The notes under the pieces are model-generated. The model searched no databases. It saw only the letters and a program-made list of their open reading frames with translations, and had not been told where the DNA came from. From positions 39,051 to 103,050 of the forward strand of contig CAVQCV010000003.1 in assembly GCA_963711105.1 (NCBI GenBank): a stretch of 64,000 nucleotides of DNA. Direction: 5' to 3'. The position numbers and the translations under genes are program-made. Below are positions 1 through 9,209 of this stretch, piece by piece (positions within the stretch are counted from its first letter, which is position 1; each line of letters starts with the position of its first letter). Source of the DNA: an uncultured Chloroflexia bacterium. GTDB lineage: Bacteria; Chloroflexota; Limnocylindria; Limnocylindrales; CSP1-4.

Positions 1-211
1 CATTCGAGGACGTCTACCGTTTCCTGGAGTTCGTCCGAGGTTTCGCCGACAGGACCGCCGGGGAGCCATAGCGGTTCGGGCCCTGGGAGCGCGGTCGCCC
101 GGCGTGCGGGTGCCGCTCGCACGAAGGTCGACGCCTACTCGTGCATACTGCCCGGAGCCCCGTTCGATCGGTCGTGCCGGCGGGCGCCGACAGCCGCAGC
201 TGAATAGGACC

Positions 212-1186
212 ATGGGAATCGCTCGTCACTCTTCATCCAGCCGCCTCCGAGCCCTTGGAGCCCTGACACTGGGTGCCGCCCTGGTCGCGCTCAGCACAGG
301 CTGCGCCGGCAGCACGGGCTCGGCCGCCCCTGCCACCGCGCCGGCCAGCCCCACGCCCACGGCCTCGGCGGATCCCACGCCGACCGACACGGTCGCCCCT
401 ACGCCATCGCCGACCGTCGAGCCGACGCCGACCGCCAGCCCCACGCCGGCCGGCTCGATGCAGACCGAGTGGGCCCTGAACCTGTACCGCTCCTCCGGTA
501 TTCGGCGCCAGTATCCCGATCTCTACGCCTGCACGGCCGCGGCGGTTCAGACGTCGCTGAACCTCATCGCCATGGACGGCGCCCTCCCGCAGTGGAAGCC
601 CACGACGGCGTATTCGATGCAGGAAACGATCCTCACCTACGAGCGAGCCCATATGACGATGAGACTGTCCAGCGTGGGCTCGGATCCGCACGGCACGCGC
701 AACGCCCTCAACTACTACGGCTGGGGCTCGATCTACGCGGGCGTCTACTCCGACGTGGCCGAGCCTTCGTTCGAGGCCGCCGCCAAGGCCATCGTGGCCT
801 CCATCGCCCGGACCCGCAAGCCGGCGATCATCTTCACCTGGTACGGCGAGCACTCGCAGGTCGTGACCGGCTACAAAGCCCACGGCCAGAACCCGGCCTA
901 CAGCGACGACTTCACGGTCGAGGGCATCTATCTCACGGACCCCCTGCTGGGCAAGTCATTCATCAACCACGGCGGGATTCGCGAGGTCACCGGCATCCGG
1001 CCCAACACCTGGGTCACGCTGGCGAGATGGAAGTCTGGTTCGGACCCCGTTCGGTTCACGGAGTATCTGCAGACCGACTCGCCCTATCGCGACCCTATCG
1101 ACGGCCAGATCGGCAGGGCGGAGTGGTCAGGGAAGTGGGTCGTAGTGCTGGCGGCGCCGCCGCTTCTGCCGCCGTCCCTCAGGTAG
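212..1186 (+). CDS. Secreted lipoprotein with a Pro/Thr-rich linker and a possible papain-like (C39-like) peptidase fold
   Basis: Signal peptide with lipobox LSTGC|AGS. A long PT-rich linker (APTPSPTVEPTPTASPTPA) follows. The C-terminal domain has a Cys in YACTAAAVQ and a His in WYGEHSQVVTGY, reminiscent of the C39 peptidase Cys/His motifs. Start is taken at the ATG at 212 (MGIARHSSS...), not the upstream ORF start. The antisense ORF 233..883 is Arg/Gly-rich junk. Confidence 0.55.
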   Translation: MGIARHSSSSRLRALGALTLGAALVALSTGCAGSTGSAAPATAPASPTPTASADPTPTDTVAPTPSPTVEPTPTASPTPAGSMQTEWALNLYRSSGIRRQYPDLYACTAAAVQTSLNLIAMDGALPQWKPTTAYSMQETILTYERAHMTMRLSSVGSDPHGTRNALNYYGWGSIYAGVYSDVAEPSFEAAAKAIVASIARTRKPAIIFTWYGEHSQVVTGYKAHGQNPAYSDDFTVEGIYLTDPLLGKSFINHGGIREVTGIRPNTWVTLARWKSGSDPVRFTEYLQTDSPYRDPIDGQIGRAEWSGKWVVVLAAPPLLPPSLR

Positions 1187-1222
1187 ACGGAAGCCCTCAG
1201 GGCGCGCCACTACGCCGCTGTC

Positions 1223-2245
1223 TCAGCGGCCGAACTCCGCCTTCGCGCCCGCCAGGCCGCGCTCGTAGACGGCGATCAGGCGGTCCATCCATTCGTCCAT
1301 TTCCGTGTCCACGGTCCGGCGGGCCCCGTCCGCGTCGAACCAGGCGATGGTCCGCTTGATGCCTTCGGAGAACGGCACGGTCAGCCGGAAGTCGGGCACG
1401 AACCGCTTGATCTTGCTGTTGTCGAAGACGAGGGTGTTCGAGGCGTCGCCGGCCAGCCGACCTTCCGTGTCGGGACGGCAGGCGACGATGAAGTCGGTCG
1501 CGATGTGGACGATCTTGCACTCGACGCCGGCCGCCGCCGCGACCTGGCGGTGGATCTCGTCCCAGGTGAGTGCCTCGTCGGAAACGATGTTGAAGGTATG
1601 GCCGATGGTCTGGCGGCGGCCGAGCAGACCCACGAGCCCCACGGCGAAGTCGGTGTTGTGCGTGACCGTCCAGAGGGTCTGCCCGTCGCCCGGGACGATG
1701 TTCGCCTTGCCGGCCCGCCAGCGGGCGATTGCGCTGTAGGGGTGCGACCAGCTCACGAGGGCGAGAGGCATCGACCAGTCGCCATAGGTATGCGATGGCC
1801 GCACGATCGTGATCGGGAAGCCTTCTTCGCGCAGCGCCCGCAGGCAGCGCTCCTCGCCGGCGATCTTGCCACGGGAGTAATCCCACAGCGGGTTCGACAG
1901 CGGCGTGTCCTCGCTGGTCAGCCAGTCGCCGAGCGGCTTCTTGTATGCGCTCGCCGAACTGACGAAGACGAACTGGTCCGTCCGGCCGCGGAAGAGCCGG
2001 ATGTCTCGCTCGACGTCTTCGGGGCCGAAGGCGATCCAGTCCACGACGGCATCGAACGTCTGGCCGGCCAGAGCCCGCCCGGCGGCGGCTTCGTCGTGGA
2101 CGTCGGCGACGAGGGTGGTCACGCCTTCGACCGGATGGGCGCCGCCACCGCGGTTTAGATGGACGACCTCTATGCCGCGCTCCAGCGCCAGGCGAGTGCA
2201 GGCCGTGCTGATGAGACCGGTGCCACCGACAAACAGGACTCTCAC
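1223..2245 (-). CDS. NAD-dependent epimerase/dehydratase (extended SDR family)
   Basis: N-terminal Rossmann motif VLFVGGTGLIS. Length 340 aa. SDR epimerase-like layout. Confidence 0.8.
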   Translation of the reverse strand: MRVLFVGGTGLISTACTRLALERGIEVVHLNRGGGAHPVEGVTTLVADVHDEAAAGRALAGQTFDAVVDWIAFGPEDVERDIRLFRGRTDQFVFVSSASAYKKPLGDWLTSEDTPLSNPLWDYSRGKIAGEERCLRALREEGFPITIVRPSHTYGDWSMPLALVSWSHPYSAIARWRAGKANIVPGDGQTLWTVTHNTDFAVGLVGLLGRRQTIGHTFNIVSDEALTWDEIHRQVAAAAGVECKIVHIATDFIVACRPDTEGRLAGDASNTLVFDNSKIKRFVPDFRLTVPFSEGIKRTIAWFDADGARRTVDTEMDEWMDRLIAVYERGLAGAKAEFGR

Positions 2246-2290
2246 GAACGCCCTCCTGGCTTACTCAGGTAATTCGCCGGCGTCCATTCG

Positions 2291-2575
2291 TCAGAAGTGC
2301 CGATGCAGCTGGTCGGCGTCCTCCGTGTCCCCGGGCGCGTCAGACATGCGGGGCGGCTCCTCCCAGCCCATCTGCTCCGCCTCGCGTTTGGCGAGGTTCA
2401 GGTGGACCACGTGGTGCTCGACGTTGGCGATTGCCGATGCGGGTACGTAGAGGGGGGTGGCGAGCATGCCTCTCGACGCGAGCACGTAGTTCTGGCCCAC
2501 CGAGTGCACGGAACCGACGCGGTGCCCGTCGTTCCCGACGATTTCCCAACCGGCCTTCAGGTCCGTCATGCGCAT
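2291..2575 (-). CDS. DUF2171-like small protein
   Basis: Motif LKAGWEIVGNDGHRVGSVHSVGQNYVLAS...VVHLNLAKREAEQMGWEEP matches my recollection of the DUF2171 consensus (IkeGmeVvgsDGehvG...yivL...VhL). Start is placed at the ATG at 2575 (MRMTDLK), with AGAGG about 11 nt upstream. The upstream part of the track ORF is probably not translated. Confidence 0.55.
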   Translation of the reverse strand: MRMTDLKAGWEIVGNDGHRVGSVHSVGQNYVLASRGMLATPLYVPASAIANVEHHVVHLNLAKREAEQMGWEEPPRMSDAPGDTEDADQLHRHF

Positions 2576-2707
2576 CGGCGATTGACCTCTGTCTTTCTCA
2601 ATATCGTCCACTCTAGTTGAGTTGACGCCGGTTCGTAGCCGAAACGCGAGCGGGGAGGCGGTTTCGCTCGCGGAATCCGGGCCAAGCACGCTTCCTCGTT
2701 GGGCCGG

Positions 2708-3427
2708 TCAGCCCCCGGTTTGGACCCCGATGATGCTGCCGACGGCAAACGTGACCGCAGCCGCGGCTCCGCCGAGCAGGACCTGCCGAGCGCTCGAGAA
2801 CAGCGCCGGTTTGTGGGTCAGGCGACTGATGCCGAAGCCGAGCAGGGCGAGCGCCGCCAGGCTCAAGCCGAGACTCGTCCCAAAGGCCCCGCCGCCGGTG
2901 AGCAGCACGTACGGGATGAGCGGCACGAGCGCGCCGATCGTGAACGCCACGAACGAGCTTCCCGCCGCCGCCGCGGGCGATCCGATCGACCGGGCGTCGA
3001 GCCCGACCTCCTCGAATATGAGCAACGTCGCCGCGTGCTCCGGATCGGAGAAAACTCGGTCCACGAAGTGGCTCGCCTCTTCCGCCGTGAACCCGCGCTG
3101 CTGATATACCCGAGCGAGGATCGCGCGTTCCTGATCCGGCGTGTCGCGGATCTGCGACCGTTCGAACGCGAGCTGGTGGTCCAGGAGTTCGCGCTGCGAT
3201 CGGACGGAGATGTACTCGCCGACAGCCATTGAGAACGCGCCCGCCAGGAGCCCGGCCACGCCCGCGAGAACGATCACCCCGGCCGCGGGATTCGCGCCGG
3301 CCACGCCCATCACCAGGGCCAGATTGCTGACCAGCCCGTCATTGGCCCCGAAGACAACCGGACGAAGCACGGCGTTGGCCTGCGTCTCGTGCGGGGAGGG
3401 CTCCTTGGCGGGGATCTGCCTCAACAA
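2708..3427 (-). CDS. VIT1/CCC1 family iron/manganese transporter
   Basis: Signature VFGANDGLVSNLALVMGVAG and about five TM segments. The real start is likely a TTG or GTG inside the track ORF near 3427 (candidate TTG at LLRQIP, GTG at AVLRP), which would give about 239 aa. Confidence 0.7.
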   Translation of the reverse strand: MLRQIPAKEPSPHETQANAVLRPVVFGANDGLVSNLALVMGVAGANPAAGVIVLAGVAGLLAGAFSMAVGEYISVRSQRELLDHQLAFERSQIRDTPDQERAILARVYQQRGFTAEEASHFVDRVFSDPEHAATLLIFEEVGLDARSIGSPAAAAGSSFVAFTIGALVPLIPYVLLTGGGAFGTSLGLSLAALALLGFGISRLTHKPALFSSARQVLLGGAAAAVTFAVGSIIGVQTGG

Positions 3428-3633
3428 GGGAACGCGATTCCAGAATCCGGGGGTCCTCAATTGGCTGCTCCGGCGATGTGGGTCTGACGAGTTTACCGAA
3501 GACGCCGTTTGCCCGGTTGCCCGACCGCCGGACGTCTCCGCCGCCTCACGTTGGGAGTAGCATCGGCCCAGACGTCCGGGCATCCGGCCGCGGACCGACC
3601 GCGCCGGCCCGGCCCCATTGAGCGGAGGAAACG

Positions 3634-4734
3634 ATGCCCGCCCTGGACCTCCGTCATCCCCGTGCGATCACGATGTGGGACATCTCCTGGCTTCTGCGGC
3701 GCTGGCCCGGCGCGGGTTACGAGGACTGGGACAAGGCCCTCGACGAGCTGATGGAGCGGGGCTACGACGCAGTCCGGCTCGAGGCCTTCCCGCATATGCT
3801 GGCCGTCGATCCGGACGCCGAATGGGAGTTCCTGCCGGGCGCCGATTGCCACGACTGGGCTGCGCCTCTGCCGGTCACAGCCAGACCGTGGCCCGCGCTC
3901 GCGGACTTCACGCGCCGCTGCCGCGACCGGGGCATCGCCGTCGGGCTCTCGACGTGGTTCCCTCCGGACGCCACGGAGGCTCGCCTGCGGATCTCATCAC
4001 CCCAGGATCACGCGGCCGTCTGGGCGCGCACGCTCGATCTGTTCGAGGCCGAAGGCCTGCTGGACGCCTTGCTCTACGTGGACCTGTGCAACGAATGGCC
4101 GCACTCCGCCTGGGCCCCCTTCTTCAAGGACCAGCCCGCCGGCGCCCAGCACGAGGACTGGAGCACCGAGCCGGCCATGGCCTGGATGCGCGCCACTATC
4201 GAGGCCTTCCGCCCGCATTCCCGAGGCCTGCCGATCACCTTCTCGGTCTTGCCGATGCGGGGCTGGGCGCGCCGGGATCTCGGGTTCATGGATTTCCTGG
4301 AGCCGCACATCTGGATGGTCCAGGCATCGGACTACTACGAGCGAATCGGCTACGACTACCCGACGCAGGGCCTGGGTGGCTACCGGATGCTGCAGCAGCA
4401 TGCCCGGCCCCTCTACGACGCCGAGCGCGACCACTGGCGGGCGGAACTGGTCCGGCTGATTCGTGAGACGGCCGAACTGTCGGTGGACCTCGACTGCCCG
4501 GTCGTGACGACCGAATGCTGGGCCCTGGTCGAGTGGCGGGACCTGCCCGGCCTGGACTGGGCTCTGATCAAGGACCTCTGCGAGCTGGGCGTCCGGACCG
4601 CGGTCGAGACCGGTCGCTGGGCGGCCATGGCGACGAGCAACTTCTGCGAGCCGCAGTTCGTGGGCATGTGGCGCGATGTCGCCTGGCACCGCGAACTGAC
4701 GACCCTGATCAAGTCGTCCGGTCAACCGGGCTGA
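3634..4734 (+). CDS. Cytoplasmic GH5-like (cellulase-like TIM-barrel) glycoside hydrolase
   Basis: LCNEWP (GH5 acid/base NEP-type motif) and VVTTECW (nucleophile xTEx motif). No signal peptide. Confidence 0.55.
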   Translation: MPALDLRHPRAITMWDISWLLRRWPGAGYEDWDKALDELMERGYDAVRLEAFPHMLAVDPDAEWEFLPGADCHDWAAPLPVTARPWPALADFTRRCRDRGIAVGLSTWFPPDATEARLRISSPQDHAAVWARTLDLFEAEGLLDALLYVDLCNEWPHSAWAPFFKDQPAGAQHEDWSTEPAMAWMRATIEAFRPHSRGLPITFSVLPMRGWARRDLGFMDFLEPHIWMVQASDYYERIGYDYPTQGLGGYRMLQQHARPLYDAERDHWRAELVRLIRETAELSVDLDCPVVTTECWALVEWRDLPGLDWALIKDLCELGVRTAVETGRWAAMATSNFCEPQFVGMWRDVAWHRELTTLIKSSGQPG

Positions 4735-4748
4735 GCCGGCGCCCCTCG

Positions 4749-5897
4749 ATGAAGCTGTTCTCGCATCTGATCGACCCGTTCGGACGAACCGGCAACGACA
4801 CCGTCGCGGCCAATTCGGCCCTCGGCCTGCTCAGGGAAGGTGGCGAACTCAGCCGTGCCGGCAAAGCCGACGAGGCCCTGGCCGTCCTCGACGACGCCAT
4901 CGAGCGATTCGGGGAAGACAGGGCAGAGCGGGACCTGGTCGTGTGGTGCCGGTTGGAGAGGGCCGTCGCTCTCGAGCGGCTGAACCGACCTGACGAGGCG
5001 CTGGCCGCTTTCCGCTCAGTGGTGCGGGTGGATGGCGGGCGCCCTTCGCCGTTCATCCGCGAGATGGTCGCAAGAGCGCGCGCAGGCATTGTCCTGAGCC
5101 TGCTCGACTCCGGTCGGCAGGGCGAGGCAATCCGCGTCGCGGACGACTCTCTGGCTCGACTGGCCCACCTTGGGGATACGCGTCTCGACGGCCAGGTGGC
5201 GATCCTCCTCCTGCTCAAGGCCGATGCGTTGGGCCGGGAAGGGCGCCGCGACGAAGAGCTGGCAACCCACCAGGAGTTGATCGATCGGTTCGGCGCCACG
5301 GTGGACGAGTCGGTGGCCCCGGTGGTGGGCAAGGCCCTGGTCGAGCGGGCGGCGGCGCTCGCCCAACTTGGCCGTTACGACGAAGCGTGCGCCGGGTACG
5401 ACCTTGCGCTCCACTGGATCGCGGATCGAGCAATGCAGTCGCCCGATCCCTCGCTGGCCGAACTGACCGCCGAGGCCCTGTCGGGCAAGGGGCTGTCGTT
5501 CTTCGACCGGGGCCGGTTCGAGGAGGCCATTGAGTGCTACGAAATGGCCCTCGCGCAGCTGGGCGATCCACCGGCGCCGGAGCTGGCCGTGGCTCGCAGC
5601 CTGGTGCTCAACAACCGGGGCGCGGCTCTCTCCGGGCTCGAGCGCTGGGGCGATGCGCTCGCCGACTATGAGGAGTGCCTGGCGATTCGCCTCAGCGGCA
5701 ATGCCGGCTACTCGAACCCGAGCATTGCCACGGTCATGGCAAACAAGGCCGAGGCCCTGGCCGCGCTTGCCAGATGCGGCGAAGCCGTGGCCACCTGCGA
5801 CGAGATCGAAGCTCGGCTGGCGGGAATCGCTCACCCGGTAGCGCGCACCGTGCTTGAGGAAGTGGCTCAAATCCGGCGGACCTGCGCGTCGCAGTGA
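4749..5897 (+). CDS. Tetratricopeptide-repeat (TPR) protein
   Basis: Repeated A-x-x-x-Y/L-x-x-A-L helical hairpins (LGRYDEACAGYDLALHWI, WGDALADYEECLAI). Start at the ATG at 4749 (MKLFSHL). Confidence 0.55.
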   Translation: MKLFSHLIDPFGRTGNDTVAANSALGLLREGGELSRAGKADEALAVLDDAIERFGEDRAERDLVVWCRLERAVALERLNRPDEALAAFRSVVRVDGGRPSPFIREMVARARAGIVLSLLDSGRQGEAIRVADDSLARLAHLGDTRLDGQVAILLLLKADALGREGRRDEELATHQELIDRFGATVDESVAPVVGKALVERAAALAQLGRYDEACAGYDLALHWIADRAMQSPDPSLAELTAEALSGKGLSFFDRGRFEEAIECYEMALAQLGDPPAPELAVARSLVLNNRGAALSGLERWGDALADYEECLAIRLSGNAGYSNPSIATVMANKAEALAALARCGEAVATCDEIEARLAGIAHPVARTVLEEVAQIRRTCASQ

Positions 5898-5937
5898 ACG
5901 TTGCCGGGCAGGCGGGTCCGCTGCCGGCGGGCCGCGG

Positions 5938-6228
5938 CTAGCTCTGGCTCACCCTGGCACGGGGCTTGAGGAGCATCAGGCGCTCGCCGTCGTCGCGCTT
6001 CTGAAGATCCACGACCGCGTTGTTGAGATCATCCGTGACATCCGGGGCCACGAAGAGGCGAATGCCGCGGCCCGCGGCGACGAGGTCTTCCGCGGCGGGT
6101 TCCGTGGCGAAGCCGAGCACGATCTTGCCGCCCTTGCGCGACAACCTGGGTTCGTAGGTTTCGGCCAGGCCGCGTCGCTTGCGGTCTTCGATAAGGCGGC
6201 TTGCTGCACGCGCGGTGATAGAGGGCAT
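5938..6228 (-). CDS. HesB/IscA-like fold protein lacking the conserved cysteines
   Basis: The 96-aa product MPSITARAASRLIE...GIRLFVAPDVTDDLNNAVVD parallels the IscA layout (ITLTxxAAxRI ... GVKVxVDPxS) but has no Cys. Start at the ATG at 6228. Confidence 0.4.
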   Translation of the reverse strand: MPSITARAASRLIEDRKRRGLAETYEPRLSRKGGKIVLGFATEPAAEDLVAAGRGIRLFVAPDVTDDLNNAVVDLQKRDDGERLMLLKPRARVSQS

Positions 6229-6368
6229 GGCGCCTCCTTCCGAAGCAGGTCTCAGCCTCGCTGAGCGAAGGCAAGGCGACTTCGGCATACGTCGGGATTG
6301 CTGCAGGGACCGGCGGTGCCTGGCCATTAAGGTTAGCATATGACAACTAATCCCGTTGAGTCGGAGAG

Positions 6369-6827
6369 ATGTCGTCCGAATCCGCCCGTCCGCTGCCCGA
6401 GCCTGATCTTCTGGACTCGCTCGAAGAACTCGCCTTCGCGACCGTCGGTATGACGGCGCTCGCACTCAATGAAGCCGGTCGATCGAAGGAGCTCACACTC
6501 GCCCAGTGGCGGGTGCTGGTGATCCTTGGGCACGGCCCGGTAAGGGTCGGCGCCGTCGCCGATCGGCTCGCCATTTCCCTTCCCTCGGCCAGCCGGCTGA
6601 TCGACCGAATGGAGGCTCACGGTCTGGTCGAAGCCTCGCCAGACGGTCGGGACCGGAGGGTGATGCTGGTATCTCTCACGGCCCTGGGCCGGAGCACGCG
6701 AGAAGGCGTCATTCAGCGCCGCCGCCGCCTGATCGATGAAGCGGTCGGCAGCCAGCGAGAATTCACGGACATGGACCTCGGGCACGGGCTGGCACTGCTG
6801 GCGGAGCGTCTCGCCAGCTTCTCGTGA
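6369..6827 (+). CDS. MarR family transcriptional regulator
   Basis: Winged-HTH region LTLAQWRVLVILGHGPVRVGAVADRLAISLPSASRLIDRMEAHGLV. Divergent from the upstream gene across an AT-richer promoter region at 6230-6368. Confidence 0.8.
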   Translation: MSSESARPLPEPDLLDSLEELAFATVGMTALALNEAGRSKELTLAQWRVLVILGHGPVRVGAVADRLAISLPSASRLIDRMEAHGLVEASPDGRDRRVMLVSLTALGRSTREGVIQRRRRLIDEAVGSQREFTDMDLGHGLALLAERLASFS

Positions 6828-6927
6828 AGTTCAAGTCGCTGGCGGGCCGGGGCGATCTTGAGTGGTCGACCGGACCCCGGCCTGAGTTTCCGAAGGCAAC
6901 CCAGAACAGCGAGGCAGGAGGCAGCCG

Positions 6928-8049
6928 ATGATCCAACTCGAACCCGCCCTCGAGAACTGGCTGATAGCGATCGGCGAGCTCGCGCTGGCCGTCGTCGCGG
7001 CCCTGGTGTTGCACTGGCTCCTCTTCGCCGTGGCGGATCGCGCCACCCGGCGAACCGTCAGCACGATCGACGAGTCCGTGGTGGAACACAGCCGCAACGC
7101 CGTGAGCGTGCTGATGCCGCTGGCCGCGGTCTTCCTGGCCATGCCGCTCGTGCCACTCCCGCCGGACGTGGCGACTCCGTTCCGCTACTTCCTGGGCTTG
7201 TGCCTGGTCGCCGGCACGGCGTGGCTGCTCGTGGCCCTGACGTGGATCGCCGATGACCTCTTCCTGGCCCATCTCGAGGGCAAGGACACGGAGACCTTGA
7301 GGGCGCGGTCAACGCTCACCCAGATCTCGATCCTGCGCCGCGTCCTGGCCGCGATCATCGTCCTGGTCGCCTTCGCGATCATGCTGCTCACGCTGCCCGG
7401 CGGCATGAGCATCGGCGCCAGCCTGCTGGCATCGTTGGGCGTGGCCGGCATCGTCTTCGGCATGGCGGCCGGGCCGGTCCTCTCGAATCTGCTCGCCGGG
7501 GTCCAGATCGCGCTGACCCAGCCGATCCGGCTCGACGACGTCGTCGTCATCAACGGTGAATGGGGCCGCATCGAGGAGATCAACACCACCTACGTGGTGG
7601 TTCGGATCTGGGACCTGCGCCGGCTCATCGTCCCTCTCACGGACGTCATCCAGAAGCCGGTCGAGAACTGGACGCGCAAGTCGACGAACCTGATCGGCAC
7701 GGTCACGGTCTATGCCGACTACTCGACCTCGGTGGACGACATACGGGCGGAGCTGGACCGCATCCTCAAGGAATCGGGCCTCTGGGACGGCGCCTCGTCG
7801 GGCGTCCAGGTAACCGAGGCGACCGAACGGACCGTGGCCGTCCGGGCCCTCCTGAGCGCCGCCGACTCGAGCGCGCTGTGGGACCTGCGCTGCCTGGTTC
7901 GCGAGAAGCTGATCGCCTATTTGAACGCCAGCCGGCCGGGGTCTTTGCCGAGGCTGCGGACCGAGATGGATGCGGCCGGCCTGCCGCGAACCGGCGACGC
8001 GGCCCCGCTCGAGCGGCGCGGCTCTTCCGGGGCGCCCGGTCGGGCCTAG
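6928..8049 (+). CDS. Mechanosensitive ion channel, MscS family
   Basis: N-terminal TM helices followed by an MscS beta-domain: GIVFGMAAGPVLSNLLAGVQIALTQPIRLDDVVVINGEWGRIEEINTTYVVVR. Confidence 0.8.
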   Translation: MIQLEPALENWLIAIGELALAVVAALVLHWLLFAVADRATRRTVSTIDESVVEHSRNAVSVLMPLAAVFLAMPLVPLPPDVATPFRYFLGLCLVAGTAWLLVALTWIADDLFLAHLEGKDTETLRARSTLTQISILRRVLAAIIVLVAFAIMLLTLPGGMSIGASLLASLGVAGIVFGMAAGPVLSNLLAGVQIALTQPIRLDDVVVINGEWGRIEEINTTYVVVRIWDLRRLIVPLTDVIQKPVENWTRKSTNLIGTVTVYADYSTSVDDIRAELDRILKESGLWDGASSGVQVTEATERTVAVRALLSAADSSALWDLRCLVREKLIAYLNASRPGSLPRLRTEMDAAGLPRTGDAAPLERRGSSGAPGRA

Positions 8050-9209
8050 GCGGCGAGCGCCGCCGGCTTGCCTCCGGTGGCTCTGGCGATCAGGCGGTAA
8101 CCGATCGGGGCGAGCGTGGCGCTGGCCGCGGCCAGCAGGACGATCATTGCCTCCAGATCCGCGTCGATCACGCCCAGCTCGACGCCGATCCGCGCAACCA
8201 CGATGATCAGCGACAACCGCGCCGACAGGAGCATGCCGGCGGCGGCGCCGCCGCGCAGACCGTGGCGCCGGCCCAGGACCGCGACCGACGGGATCAGCTT
8301 GACCGCGAACGCGACGACGATCATCAGGGCCACGAAGCCGATCGCCGCCGGGTCGCTCACGGCTGTCAGGCTGAAGCTCAGGCCCACGCCGATGAAGAAG
8401 ATGGGGATGAGGAATCCGTAGGCCAGCCCGTCCAGGGTGTGGTCCAGTTCGCCGCGATGGCGGAACACGGTCGCCACGCCGGTGCCGGCCAGGAACGCGC
8501 CCAGTGCGGCCTCTATCCCCAGGGCCGAAGCGAGGCCCGCGTACGCCAGGACCATGGCCATGGCGAAGCGAACGCCGAGCGCCTCGGGGTCGCGTGAATC
8601 GAAGAAGCGGCTGAACTCGTCCGGCCACCACCAGGCGGCCGCCCGCAGGGCCGCGAACGACACGGCCACGAGAGCCAGGAACAGCGGAAAGGCCAGCAGC
8701 TGCGCGTCCACTCCGACCCGCAGCACGAGAGAGATCAGCGAAACCGCTACCAGGGTGGTGAAGTCGGCGATCAGCGCGGCCATGAGGATGTCCTGGCCCA
8801 GGGGCGTTGAGAGCGTCCGTCCCGAGCGCAGCGTCGGGACTACCAGGCCGACGGAGGTGGTGGCCAGGACCAGGGTCATGAAGACACCCAGACCGAGAGC
8901 CAGCGCCCCGACCGCCGCCAGGGCGAGGGTCAGGCCGAAGAGCAGGGTCCCTCGCAGTACAGGGCGCGGTCCGGAACGTTCCAGCAGCCGGAGATCGATC
9001 TCGAAGCCGGCCAGGAAGAGCAGCAGCAGAAAGCCGAGTTCGCCCAGGGACTCGACCAGCGCGTCGGCCTTGAAGACGCCGAGCACCGGGCCGACGAGGA
9101 TCCCGAACAGGATCTCCAGGACCACGCCCGGCAGGCGCACGGCCGCGGCCAGGGCGGGCAATCCCAGTGCCGCCAGCGCGATGACGACCAGAGCGCTGGA
9201 GTCGTTCAT
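8046..9209 (-). CDS. Cation:proton antiporter, CPA2 (Kef-type) family
   Basis: About 12 TM segments with GVVLEILFGILVGP...LLLFLAGFEID motifs. ATGA overlap with the upstream TrkA gene. Confidence 0.8.
   Translation of the reverse strand: MNDSSALVVIALAALGLPALAAAVRLPGVVLEILFGILVGPVLGVFKADALVESLGELGFLLLLFLAGFEIDLRLLERSGPRPVLRGTLLFGLTLALAAVGALALGLGVFMTLVLATTSVGLVVPTLRSGRTLSTPLGQDILMAALIADFTTLVAVSLISLVLRVGVDAQLLAFPLFLALVAVSFAALRAAAWWWPDEFSRFFDSRDPEALGVRFAMAMVLAYAGLASALGIEAALGAFLAGTGVATVFRHRGELDHTLDGLAYGFLIPIFFIGVGLSFSLTAVSDPAAIGFVALMIVVAFAVKLIPSVAVLGRRHGLRGGAAAGMLLSARLSLIIVVARIGVELGVIDADLEAMIVLLAAASATLAPIGYRLIARATGGKPAALAA

Noticed and set aside
3545-3633. GGGAGTAGC motif at 3553 reminiscent of the yybP-ykoY (Mn2+) riboswitch core, next to a VIT1-family metal transporter gene
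   Set aside because: The motif is on the plus strand, upstream of the GH5-like gene. The VIT gene is on the minus strand, so in its mRNA the sequence would be inverted. I cannot reconstruct the rest of the four-way junction. Probably coincidence. An Rfam scan would settle it.
6230-6368. MarR operator palindrome in the divergent promoter (ttagcatatgacaactaa)
   Set aside because: It contains a CATATG core but the flanks are not a convincing dyad. Likely a promoter region, but I cannot define a site.
7309-8631. 440-aa minus ORF and 345-aa plus ORF 7560..8597
   Set aside because: They are antisense or alternative-frame to the MscS and CPA2 genes. Both are low-complexity Arg/Gly/Asp.
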